The notes under the pieces are model-generated. The model was not told the DNA's origin, made no database searches, and worked only from the letters and a program-made list of their open reading frames with translations. Below are positions 1 to 12,376 of a DNA stretch of 64,000 bases, piece by piece (positions within the stretch are counted from its first letter, which is position 1; every line of letters starts with the position of its first letter). The position numbers and the translations under genes are program-made. The stretch comes from Eledone cirrhosa (taxonomy: Eukaryota): the NCBI GenBank assembly GCA_964016885.1, contig CAXHJY010000152.1, positions 1-64,000 of the forward strand, read 5' to 3'.

Positions 1-75
1 CGAACGAAAAGAGAATAAGACAGGAAAATAACTAAATCCTTGTTCCCTCCTGATACTTCGCATTCTAATTTCCCT

Positions 76-157
<82 letters not shown>

Positions 158-266
158 CAGTCTACAAATATTTTTCTTTCACGTAATCACATTTTTCCCC
201 TCTTTTCTTTACTATCAAAATTTTCATATGCATATATATATATATATGTGCATGTTTGTACAATAA

Positions 267-360
<94 letters not shown>
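76..360. repeat. (CT)n and (TA)n microsatellites
   Basis: Directly visible. Confidence 0.95.
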
Positions 361-364
<4 letters not shown>

Positions 365-580
365 TTAACAATCTTTTCAATTTACAGGAAATATGAAGAA
401 GTTTTATGAAGGATATTTGAACATTCAGCTTCTTTCATACGTAAAAAAAACTTCAGTACATTTTCTTCTTTATCGTGAATATTTAAATAACAAGTGAAAC
501 CGGTATGATGAAGATGTAAACATTCTCTCCTCTTTTACGGTGAAGTTTTCAATGAATTTTTTTCCTCATTTTATTTATAT

Positions 581-960
581 ACTAGCAGAGGTACCCGGCG
601 TACCATTTATGTCAATGCTTCTGTGCTGCTTCGAAAACTATACTTTTACAAAATCATCGGCTTTTTCCAAAAGGGGGTTCCTGCCCCCAGGAGTCCCCTA
701 CTCAATATGTGCCAATTCTGAGAGTTCTGTAGAACAAACGTAGCCCATGTGTCAAATTTTGTGAAAATCGGTTGCGAACTCCAGAAGTTATGACGTTTTG
801 TTGCATTGCACTGCTTCCAAGAAAGCGGTTAAAGGGGGTTATCTGCCGGGAGGCCCTATAATCAATATCTGGAAAAATGAAAGTGTCCATGACCATCCGG
901 AGTACATAAGTAACCTATGTCTTAAGTTTGGTGAAAATGGTGTAGAAATGCATAAGGTTT
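581..960 (-). mobile_element. Non-autonomous Helitron-like fragment (3' end)
   Basis: Minus-strand CTAGT terminus (actag at 581) followed by a GC-rich acccggcgt hairpin remnant, in a TA context. Confidence 0.5.
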
Positions 961-1467
961 ACGCGCGCGCGCGCGCGCGCGTTTGTGTGTGTATTTGTGT
1001 GTGCGTATGTATATGTATGTGTATGTCCGTCGGCGCATACGTATGTACTGGCCTAAATCTTCACTATTTACTTTTACTATTTTAATAACCTGTCATTTTC
1101 GTTTACAATTTTATTTACATCATTCTTAAACTCTGGGGCTGGAAATCATTCGGTTATTTTAAATAGAACATTAGTCTAACGTCTCCATTTATACCATAAA
1201 CTTGGTCTTGTCTTTGCATGAAATTGTTCTTCTCGGTCCACATAACGACGTATTATCTTCGCTTGTTTTCCGTTCGTTACCAGGGAACGTCTTCTCGAAC
1301 TAAAATATCGTCTTCCTGTTTGCCTTCGGTTGCAACATTTCTCGAAATATTTACTTCTGCGTTCACAGATTGAATTTTTTAGTTTCAGAAGATCCCGTTA
1401 ATGTTGAAAGCAGCGATTCTTTGCTTAAACTTTAATCTGTTCTTATAACATATATATATATATATAT

Positions 1468-1866
1468 ATTGTTACACTTTGGGAGGGTCATGTTGCCAAT
1501 AAGAAACACACACACCAGTTGCTTTCACTTCAATTTATTATAAATTAAATTTATAAATTTAGGAATTTATAAATTTCCGGTTGGTTGGTTCCACAACCAG
1601 ACGATTGTTTATATATTGTCAAAGTTCTTTCGTCACACATTCTGTGACCTCTTCAGTGACTGGGGATTCTTTGCTTTGTTTTTGTGCCTCTCCTTTGTTC
1701 TGTCCTACGCCATCTTGTTTTTGTGTGTGTTGTGTGCTTAGTTTGCGCATGTCTTACATCCGGGTGTCTGTGTATGTTTATATTTGCATTTGTTTATTTA
1801 TTTGTGAAAGCAACTGGTGCGTGTGTTTCTTATTGGCAACATGACCCTCCCAAAGTATAACAATAT
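1468..1866 (-). mobile_element. Short element with ~62-bp inverted termini carrying a hammerhead ribozyme (Penelope pLTR-like)
   Basis: 1468-1528 is the reverse complement of 1804-1866; HHR at 1618-1660. Confidence 0.7.
1618..1660 (-). ncRNA. Minimal type I hammerhead ribozyme
   Basis: GTCA-CTGAAGA-G-GTCACA(gaatg)TGTGAC-GAAA-GAAC-TT^TGAC: intact core, stem II and 4-bp stem I. Confidence 0.75.
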
Positions 1867-1916
1867 CGGTTACAACACACGTTTTCAGATAAAGAATCTT
1901 GCTAAATTCAGAAACG

Positions 1917-1979
<63 letters not shown>

Positions 1980-2129
1980 TGCGTCTTTTGTGTGTGTGCG
2001 CGGAGATAAATATATATAACACACACAGTCACAGTACGCGGTTGTATAAATAACATTACAAATGTACAGTGACAACAAAGATAATACGTCATTAATGTGG
2101 ATATAAGTTGTAACGATGAAAGAATGGTA

Positions 2130-2696
2130 TTTAACTAATGTATTGGTACGCGATGGGGCCCACCCACAGCCCCGGCGGACAGAATGGTGAAGGCGTTTCC
2201 CCGGAGGACGGCAAGGGAGACGCGCTGGAAAAGCCACTCCAACTCGCGGGCTCACACCTGCGGCTGGCCAGCTCAGCGCCTATGGTGGTGAGTAAGGAGG
2301 TAGCCCTGGGGCCGAGGACACCAGAAGTCTCCACTGCCAGGGGAACGACCGCAAACTGTCGGAGAGCGACCGGTATTTGAGGAGTTTGGCCCCCTCAGCC
2401 CAACGTGCAGCAGAACCTGGGTCAGGTTGCGGCTGCAGAAAGTGTCAGTACAAGTGGTATCCCAGACGAGGGGTTTGCCACCGCGGAACGGGAAGATGGT
2501 CATGCCATCTGGCCTTTTTCCGTTCCCTCGATCCAGCCCCACCGGCTCGAGCTGGGAAGGGAAGCCTGCAGCGTCCAAGCCATGCTTAATGACCTCGTTG
2601 AGGGCAGTATGGCGTGGAATGCGGCCGGCACTGTGGCGACGGGAAAGCGGGTGGAGGCCGAAAGAGTCCATGGTGGAACCGCAGCGACATTTGTGT
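2130..2696 (-). mobile_element. CRE-clade non-LTR retrotransposon, 5'-truncated (Zn knuckle + restriction-like endonuclease)
   Basis: CRCG..H, RH.ALNE, KRPDG, LVWD.TC.DT, VPLAVETSG and QRVSLA.L.GNA motifs across frameshifts. Confidence 0.8.
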
Positions 2697-2792
2697 AAAG
2701 AATAGATAAATAAATAAAAGTTCCTAACTCTCTTTCTTTCTTTCTCCACCCCTCTCTCCCTTTTTTCTCATACCCTCTCTCTCTTTCTTTCG

Positions 2793-2823
<31 letters not shown>

Positions 2824-3229
2824 ATACCCCCTCTCTCTCTCTCTCTCTCTCTCTCTTCCTCTACAGAATGGAGAACAATAAAGAACGCGCAGATCTCTCT
2901 CCCCCCCCTCTCTCTCTCTCTCTCTGTCTTTATATATATATGTGTGTGTTTGTGTGTGTGTGTGTGAACCAGCGTTCGTCGCCATTCTCTCTCTCTCTAT
3001 CTGAATATCTTGTACCTCTCTCTGTATAACGGCCTATCTCACTCTCTCTCTCTCTCTCTACATCTCCCTTTCTCTCTTTATATGTATAAGTATATATATA
3101 TGTGTGTGTGTGTGTGTATCAATGACGTGTTCGTCAGAATGTCGTTATGCAGACAGTCAGACATACAGACAGATATTATAAGGGCTCGACGGAGATCGAT
3201 AACACCCCTTTAACAACACAAAATTGAAA

Positions 3230-3369
3230 AATAAAAGCTGCAGTTAGTATCTTTAGACCGCAAGGAATATATAAATATATATAAAGTCAATCGGAGTAGA
3301 AATGTGGCTTTGTATAGACTTTGTAAAAATGAGGACACACAGACCACATCAGTTTTATATATAGAGATA
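3230..3369 (-). mobile_element. Helitron-like 5' end fragment
   Basis: Minus strand begins TCTCTATATATAAAACTG..gtctgtgtgt. Confidence 0.35.
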
Positions 3370-4243
3370 TTGGGTCGTCAAGCATGAAATTTGTAGAATT
3401 TTGTAGAGAAAAAAATTTCTACAAATTTCATACTTCACGATCCAAAAGAAAGAAAACAGTCGAGCTGTTCTCGTGATAGAGAGGTGGCGCCGATACAGTC
3501 GTCGATATAACCACCGTTTAGCAGTATGGCTGAACTGAGCCAAATCACGCACAGAGAATGTATGTGAGCCCGCGGAATGTAGGTCACTACATCACTGCGA
3601 AAAAGGTTGGCAACGTGGCAATAAAAGTTCAACTGAATGAATAAGAAGGGCTGCGTTAAATTCTTACGTCGGTCACCACTTTAGCAGTATGGTAGAATCA
3701 GTGGTCGCCACTTTAACAGGGTAGATTATTAAGTAGTCGTGGTCAGTGTGGTAAGTGATAGTATCCTCGTTGGATTATCTTGTTGACATAGACGTGAGGG
3801 AAGGTCCCTCGATCTATTTACAATATTCCTTTCGTCAGGTCGCCAATTCCAGCAGCATGGATTATAGATGTTATTGAGACACGAGTAACATAAAAATGAT
3901 TTCAACAGCAGAAATTAGAGATGAAATGTATGTTTATTTTTGATGTAGCACAAACAATGTTTGTTAACTTATATGGTTGAAGTTACAGATAAGAAGAGGT
4001 TACAAAAGGGAATGTGCCATTGCGCCGTTAAGCCGGCGAGGCTAGGGGCAATATGTCACCGTTACATTATGCGTGTTGCTGGCTTGAAGTTTCCGGTACA
4101 AGAGGAAGATTCTTCAAATCTTCGTGGGAAATTTCTTCCTCGGGGCGCGTAGGGATACATCCTCTTCTACTGGCGCTGATTGGCTGAACTGAGCCAAATC
4201 ATGCACAGAGAATGTATGTGAGCCCGCGGAATGTAGGTCACTA

Positions 4244-4830
4244 CGACCGTATAGCGCAGGAGTCGGTCCAGCGGACTGGGAGAACATCTGGGCTTCGATG
4301 TAGCTAACAAACAAGTTGGCATAATTTGGACCCATTCTGGTTCCCATCGCTACCCCCAGAGACCTGCTGATAAAATTCACCCGAAAACGAAAAGCCATTG
4401 ACGGTGAGAACAAGCTCAGCCAGACGGAGAAGAGTGGTAGTACTGGGGTAAGGGGTAGGGCGTAAATCTAAGAAATGTTGGAGAGCGCGGAGGCCGTCAT
4501 CATGAGGGATGACGGTATAGAGAGAAGTGATATCCAAGGTAAAGAGAAGGCGGGAGGGACCAGGAGGGAAGGAGAAGGTGTTGAAGAGTCTAAGGGCATG
4601 AGTTGTATCGTGGATGTGGGAAGGGAGATTGCCGACCAACGGGACGAGGATGGTGTCTAAATATTCAGAAATTATCTCGGTGAGGTAGTTGCACGCAGAA
4701 TTTGAATGGCCGGAATTATTTTGTTTGTGTATTTTGGGGAGGAAGTAGATGGTGGGTGTGCGAGGGGTGCGTACAATAAGGTTGGTGGCTGGGGTGGGGA
4801 GATGAGCTCGTGGATGGTGGAGGACACGAG
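4244..4830 (-). mobile_element. Penelope-like element reverse transcriptase fragment
   Basis: YFLPKIHK, LFTLDITSLYTVIPH, FYQQ..GVAMGTRMGPNYANLF: PLE RT motifs, frameshifted. Confidence 0.85.
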
Positions 4831-5241
4831 TGACTATATATGATCACTCCACTTTTCCCTTCACTGCTCTGAATTCACACATACACACCCTTATATTAAC
4901 ATACTTTTGCTCATAGTTTCGTACTTACATGCATACACACTCTTTTACTTACATAAACACACACTTTTCTTAGCTGCGTACGGACATATAATAACACACA
5001 CACACACACGCACGCACGCACACGCACACGCACACACACATACACACACACACACATACCATTTCAGGTAGACGCGCTCCATCATCCACTTTTCTAAAAA
5101 ATAAATCATACACAAAACGCCACCACCAACAGTTTTGCAAGAGATGTCAATATGAATGGACCTGTTATTTTTATCTGAAAACATTTTTTCCCATTCCAAC
5201 ACGCCCGTCCCCTCAATCTATCATATTTCTCATTCTTTATT

Positions 5242-5270
5242 CTGATGAAGGACTAGCGTCCGAAACGGTA
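5242..5270 (+). ncRNA. Minimal hammerhead ribozyme in a short repeat (homolog at 9636)
   Basis: CTGATGA-A-GGAC(tagc)GTCC-GAAAC-GGTA. Confidence 0.65.
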
Positions 5271-5366
5271 AGACCCTCTTCCTGCTATATCAAGCGTTAA
5301 CCTAATATATCCCTTCCATATACTGCACCGATTGTGTTGTTATTTCTGTTTACCTTTTACATACAT

Positions 5367-5492
5367 ATGTTGATGCCCTAAGGACAAACACTGGTCTGTT
5401 GGAGATGCAGGATATGGCAGCGATAATGAGGGACAGAGACCGCTGGAGAGAACTCGTCCATGGATCTGGGGAATTTTACCCGCCTTAGATAG
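5367..5492 (+). mobile_element. RTE-group LINE 3' end fragment
   Basis: YVDALRTNTGLLEMQDMAAIMRDRDRWRELVHG* running into a microsatellite. Confidence 0.6.
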
Positions 5493-5494
5493 AG

Positions 5495-5531
<37 letters not shown>

Positions 5532-5792
5532 GTTGCAGTGTTTCGATTTTTGTTAATAGATTACCAGTGCAGTTTTTCTCCCCAGCATCCTCTTTTGTTT
5601 TAACATTCGGGTTATGGTTATGTTTTCTTAACTTCATAAGGCATACTGTTGGTTGAGGGAATATTAATCAAAAGTACCACATGAAAGTCTACACTGTAGA
5701 CTCTACTGTTTTTAAGCCAAGAAAGGAACTTAACATTGTAACTTTAACACAGCTACTGAGCAGCCCCGAGCAACGCCCGGCTTTACTGCTAG

Positions 5793-6270
<478 letters not shown>

Positions 6271-6367
6271 TTGTGAACATCCTTTATATTGAAATGTTTA
6301 TCTAATATTGTGTTTGTTTAGGACAATGGGATTGATGAGTTAATATCTGTATACAACAACTACAACG

Positions 6368-6667
6368 GTACGTGATGGGGCCCACCCACAGCCCCGGCCG
6401 ACAGAATGGAGACGCCGTTTCCCCGGAGGACGGCGCTGGAAAAGCCACTCCAACTCGCGGGGCTCACACCTGCGGCTGGCCAGCTCAGCGCCTATGGTGG
6501 TGAGTAAGGAGGTAGTCCTGGGGCCGAGGACACCAGAAGTCTCCACTGCCAGGGGTATGACCGCAAACCTGTCGGAGAGCGACCGGTATTTGAGGAGTTT
6601 GGCCCCCTCAGTCCGACGTGCAGCAGAACCTGAGTCAGACGCAGACTGCACCAGGTTGCGGCTGCAG
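6368..6667 (-). mobile_element. CRE-clade 3' fragment (same family as 2130-2696)
   Basis: AKLLKYRSLSDRF..IPLAVETSG..WLFQR; near-identical to the other copies. Confidence 0.8.
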
Positions 6668-6924
6668 CTTTTAAAAAAATTAAAGGGTTAATATACTATA
6701 CATAACTGAACCAATAAAATCATGTAAACCACCGGTGTGCTTAAAGTTGAATGTAAAAGATAAAAGGTAAAACATAAAACATAAATACTTGAGTATCTAT
6801 CTGAACCCTTCCACCTCATCTAATCTAAATAAAATCTCACAGTGGGCTAAACGAGATTTCTCTTTTGTTTTTTGTTTTTGTTTTTTTTTTTGTTGTTTTT
6901 TTTTTTGTTGCTGTTGTTTCTTTC

Positions 6925-6965
6925 CTCCTAATATTTCGGGGCTTAAATTTCCCTTCTTCAGAGTA
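6925..6965 (-). ncRNA. Hammerhead ribozyme-like motif
   Basis: CTGAAGA-AGGG(aaatttaag)CCCC-GAAATATTA; palindromic stem III AATATT; weak stem I. Confidence 0.5.
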
Positions 6966-7275
6966 TAAGAAACTCTCAGAGAAAAAATATTCCGGTTTCT
7001 TCTCTTTGGAATTAAAGAAGAAGAGTAAGAAATTGTCAAGATAAAACGTATCCACGTGTTACTGTTCCTAATGAAAATTGTTACATTTTAAATTAGTAGA
7101 GCTGGCAATAGGTTCTCACTCTGGTTGACCTATGCATTTGTCGGACAATATGATTAATAATTTTACGTATTAATCAACATTTTAATATATATATATATGT
7201 GCGTATGTATGTATATATATATATGTGTGTATGTGTGTGTGTGTGTGTGTGTGCGTGTGTGTGTGTATGTGTGTT

Positions 7276-7315
<40 letters not shown>

Positions 7316-7479
7316 CTGTATTTATATATATATATATATTGTGTGTGTGTGTACAGTATAATAAGGTGTGGTAGTTCTCAGTTCTTTGAGGAAACGCCAT
7401 TTAACTTTTTCTACCGTGTTCTGATTATCATTTCTTTTCAAATAAATGATGACAGACATTAAGTTAACTCAGCAAATAA

Positions 7480-8135
7480 AAAGGTACACTGTAATTGTTG
7501 ACTTAAATATTTAGAGAGTGTTCACTTCTTGAATGTTGCATGGTCGTTTGTTGTCAAAGTCTGCAAAGAGCTGGAAGCTGCTGACAGGGATTCTACAGAA
7601 GTAGCCAAATGTAAAATGCCTGCTAAGTGCTCTAATACCATCAGACACCCAAATTTGAAAAGTGTAGAAAATTATTGATAAGAACCCCAGAGAGTTAATT
7701 ATTGCTAAGTTAAGGAGCTCAAGGTTTCAAAGCCCACTATCTGAAGAATGGTGCATGAGGATCTTCGATACAAGTCAATGTAATGCAGAGAAGCCAATCA
7801 TGTCTGCAAAGACAACAGATATACACAAAGTGCTAGTTGAGGAAGTTGAAACATCAAGAGCCTGGAATGCTTTTGTTTTTCTCTGATGAGAAAAATCTTT
7901 GATTTCACCAAAATGTCAACTGAAAGAATGACAGATGGTGATGCAGAGACCCCAAGGACGTTGCAACAGTCAAGCACACAAAGTTACTGGCAACTGCAAT
8001 GGTTCTAAGAGTTGTGAGCAACGAGAGAGATGTCATGCCTCATCACTTCTTTCCACAAGGCTTAAGGGTTGATTCTGCTGACTATAAGGAGGGGGTTGTG
8101 ATGTCTTAGATAGAAAGAGTCAGTAAAAGAAGACT
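7480..8135 (+). pseudogene. Decayed Tc1/mariner-superfamily (maT/DD37D-like) transposase
   Basis: ELKVSKPTI.RMVHEDL, FFSDEK, N..NDRW, MVL.VVSNE.DVMPHHFFPQGLRV with stops and frameshifts. Confidence 0.75.
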
Positions 8136-8153
8136 GCACAGACACACACACAC

Positions 8154-8194
<41 letters not shown>

Positions 8195-8427
8195 CACACG
8201 CGCGCACGCACACACACCATACATGCACAACATGGACTGTACCCCTTGATAAGTTCAGCTAGATTCCCGCCATTCTAATACAGGTGACTTAGTTCGGATC
8301 TAGCTGTCGGAACGGCCGGAACTCAGCCATCAGAATCCTGAATCATTTCAAAGTACCCACTCTACTACCCCAAGTATCGAGTACTCTGGTACGTTAAGGT
8401 CCACCTGGTATCTTACCACAGCCTCTT

Positions 8428-8492
<65 letters not shown>

Positions 8493-8497
<5 letters not shown>

Positions 8498-9517
8498 GAA
8501 AGGTATAGAAAGTATTGTAGCAAGAAGCCAACAGTATTCCATAATATATAAGTGACTATAGCGTCAAAATGGGAAAATAGTTGACGTAAGATGTGGGAAA
8601 AATAATTGAAACTCAATTCAAAAAGAATCAGGAAATAGATTTATCCAACAGAATTTAGTGAAATCCATGGAAAAATAAATAGGGCCTTAATTCATGATAA
8701 AATAAAGTTTAAAATACTCATCCTTCAATTTGGGACAACTACAAATGCTCTGTATAGTCTTGAAAAGACTATTTCACGAGAACTTTCAGTGGAGATGGTC
8801 ACGGTTGGAATTCGATCCTCAGCAGAGCTCAACACGATAGCCAAGTTCTCACTGATTAATATGCCAAAAAGGGAATTTAAAAGCAGGCTAGTTTACCATC
8901 ATGCGTGATTATGAAAATAAAACGCACATGTGGAAAAACAGGACTGGTGACGTCAGAATGAGACGAATGTTTGTTTACACGAAACAACAGTCAAAAACAT
9001 TCCGAAAAAAACTCTACAATAAGGAGTTCAGCAAAAAGCAATATTATCGCGGGGTTTTTTTTTGGGGGGGGGGGGGGGTTAAATACCGGGATTAGTCACA
9101 AATAATTTAAGCACTCTAGGAAAGAAATCCGAGTATAAATATACAAATGAAAGGTATAGAAAGTATTGTAGCAAGAAGCCAACAGTATTCCATAATATAT
9201 AAGTGACTATAGCGTCAAAATGGGAAAATAGTTGACGTAAGATGTGGGAAAAATAATTCAAACTCAATTCAAAAAGAATCAGGATATAGATTTATCCAAC
9301 AAAATTTAGTGAAATTCGGGGAAAAATCAATAGAGCCTTAATTCATGATAAAATAAAGTTTAAAATACTCATCCTTCAATTTGGGACAACTACAAATGCT
9401 CTGTATAGTCTTGAAAAGACTATTTCACGAAAACTTTCAGTGGAGATAGTCACGGTTGGAATTCGATCCTCAGCAGAGCTCAACACGATAGCCAAGTTCT
9501 CACTGATTAATATGCCA
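8493..9517 (+). repeat. ~375-bp direct duplication (8493-8867 / 9144-9517)
   Basis: Near-identical copies visible. Confidence 0.9.
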
Positions 9518-9630
9518 TATATATATCAGCAAATCCCCAAAATGACTGGCTGAATAAGCACTGCCTTTTTTTCTCCGTTCCTTCCTCTTCTCACAATTTA
9601 TCTTTTTGTTTTATTTTTATTTCTAATTCT

Positions 9631-9668
9631 ATCTTCTGAAGAAGGACTAGTGTCCAAAACATTAAGAT
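9631..9668 (+). ncRNA. Degenerate hammerhead (same family as 5242)
   Basis: ATCT-T-CTGAAGA-A-GGAC(tagt)GTCC-AAAAC-ATTA^AGAT; GAAA mutated to AAAA. Confidence 0.5.
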
Positions 9669-9808
9669 TCTTTTCCTGCTATTTCAAGCGTTAAACTAAT
9701 GTATTTCTTCAATGTACTGTGTCGTTTGCTTTGTTATTCCTGTTTACTTTTTATATACATATATGCATATAAACAACACAGTACATTGAATAAATACACA
9801 CTCACACA

Positions 9809-9939
<131 letters not shown>

Positions 9940-10127
9940 ACAGGGAGAAAGAGACGATTATTAGGAAGAAAATATATTTTTTTCCTTTTTTGTTTCTCTC
10001 TCTCTCTTCTGGGTTAGAAAATGATTAAAACGAAATGTTTTACTTTGTGTGAAGTGTTAAGGTATTAGCTGATTTATTTATTATTTAACAATGGCATTTA
10101 TTTATCTATTTATATATTTAATAATTG

Positions 10128-10170
10128 TCTATTACCGGTTTCAGCATTTTTATGCATTATCAAATGATAG
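10128..10170 (-). ncRNA. Degenerate hammerhead motif
   Basis: TTGATAA-T-GCAT(aaaa)ATGC-T-GAAACCGGTA^ATAG; palindromic stem III ACCGGT; core mutated. Confidence 0.4.
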
Positions 10171-10411
10171 TGAAATGTATTAGTGTGGTGTCGCACATGT
10201 TAAACAGAAGGTGCAGAAAGAATAATGTTATTTACAAACAAGGTTTATGAAGTGAAAAGAAAAAAGAAAAAGGAAAAAAACGTGCATAATGTAGAGCATA
10301 AAAGTCAATGTGGAAGAAAGAATAATGTTATTTACAGGCAGAGTTATTGACGTTAAGCAGATCAAAATTCATATATATATATCCTAATTCTTGTGCTTCC
10401 TCTCCACATTT

Positions 10412-10490
<79 letters not shown>

Positions 10491-10514
10491 TGTGGAGAGG
10501 AAGCATACGAGTTA

Positions 10515-10572
<58 letters not shown>

Positions 10573-11415
10573 ACATGGAGAAAGAGACGATGATTAGGAA
10601 GAAAAATATATGGATCGACTAAGCACTCTTGCTATATTAACACATTTTCATCTGCTTAACTTCAATTTGCCTTTCATCCTTACGGGGTCGATAAAATGAA
10701 GTACCAGTAATGCACTGGGTAATTGCTGGCCTTGTGCCTAAAGTAGAGACAATTATATTATACAATTTACTCATTCTATGTCGTTAGCGGTCCTCTATTT
10801 TTCTTCTTTCTTATCCTTTTTTTCCTTTTTTCCTTTTTTCTTTTTTAATTTCTAATCTTTAATCTGTAACTTTTACTCCTCAATTACTTCTTAAATCATA
10901 TTATTCTCGCTATAGCCTTTTCCTTATATTCTTGGCCATACAAACTATAATTTTAATATATACTAATATTACCATTAGTAAATTTTGTAAACATATACTT
11001 TTTTGACGTTATATATTTTTTCTTCCTTAAATTTTCTTCTTTCTTCTCTCCTTCCGTGCTCGTATTAAACCTATTATTTACTTTTTCATATTACAATACA
11101 TAGAAACAAACTTAGACCCTAACTAATTCCTCTAAGTTCATAAATCATTTAATTTCTTCTTCTTTCACCATATCTCCTTAATATTTTTATTTTAATAATA
11201 CATATTAATAAATTCCTTTTCGCACATATTATTAAACCCTTCAATATATAAACCTTAAATAAATACTATTCTTAATTCCTTTTTCTTTAATCATAAATAT
11301 CACCATTCATAAACCTCATTAACTTTTAATTTCAACATTTTTTTAAAATTATGTATTATCTTACAACGGTTTTTTTTATTTCTCTCTGTGAGACAGTGTT
11401 TCTCAGTTTTAAAAG

Positions 11416-11460
<45 letters not shown>

Positions 11461-11663
11461 ACTCATTTCTCTTCCTATCTCATCCGTCCTTCTTATACTC
11501 CTCCCCCGTCATCCTTTATTTTCCTTCTTCCTATTCCTTACCTTTTCCTTGCCCCTTCCTTCTTTTTTTCCTAATCTCACATATCCATCTTATTTTATTT
11601 TTCATATGTAGATTTAACACTTCACTGCTCGCAAGTGTTTTTTAAGCTTCATATCATGTCTCC

Positions 11664-11728
11664 CTATTGTATCTGATGAGAACGCAAATATCATCCCATG
11701 ATATTTGTTTTTGAAATGCGCATAATAA
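11664..11728 (+). ncRNA. Hammerhead-like motif with long stem II
   Basis: CTGATGA-gaac-GCAAATATCAT(ccc)ATGATATTTGT-ttt-GAAATGCGCA. Confidence 0.55.
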
Positions 11729-11810
11729 AATACATGGAACTCTTTTAACCATCTTTTGATCTTATATATATATATATATAACCACACAGCCCCGTTCTCA
11801 CTTTTTTAAA

Positions 11811-11839
<29 letters not shown>

Positions 11840-11845
<6 letters not shown>

Positions 11846-12206
11846 GATATTAATAAATGGAAACTATATTTATAAAACCATATTTATTTCATTATACATA
11901 TTTCAGGGATACCAAATTAAATTATGGTATGCCTTCATCAGACAAAATACAATATATAACAGTTTTACAAATAAGCTTTGACGTACCCTTTTAAAGTGCG
12001 ACCATTATTTTTGGAAGTCATCTGATGACTTCCAAAAATAATGGTCGCACTTTAAAAGGGTACGTCAAAGCTTATTTGTAAAACTGTTATATATTGTATT
12101 TTGTCTGATGAAGGCATACCATAATTTAATTTGGTATCCCTGAAATATGTATAATGAAATAAATATGGTTTTATAAATATAGTTTCCATTTATTAATATC
12201 GTATAT
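11840..12206. mobile_element. Perfect ~367-bp palindrome with a hammerhead motif in each arm
   Basis: Centre at 12023 (1-nt spacer); HHR at 12105-12151 (+) with its mirror copy on the minus strand. Confidence 0.85.
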
Positions 12207-12292
12207 CTACTCCAAATACTTGTCGAGTGCTTTATATCAGTTATAAAAATATTTACTTGTTGTATCCCAACAATTTTAAATAGAACTTTTGC

Positions 12293-12354
<62 letters not shown>

Positions 12355-12376
12355 TTCGCTCTACATGGCTGAATAC

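Noticed and set aside
1200-1440. Unique-looking stretch with a possible minus-strand acceptor
   Set aside because: Only short frames and no recognisable product.
7883-7900. CTGATGA hammerhead-like core
   Set aside because: It encodes the SDEK motif of the transposase and has no stem II/GAAA arrangement.
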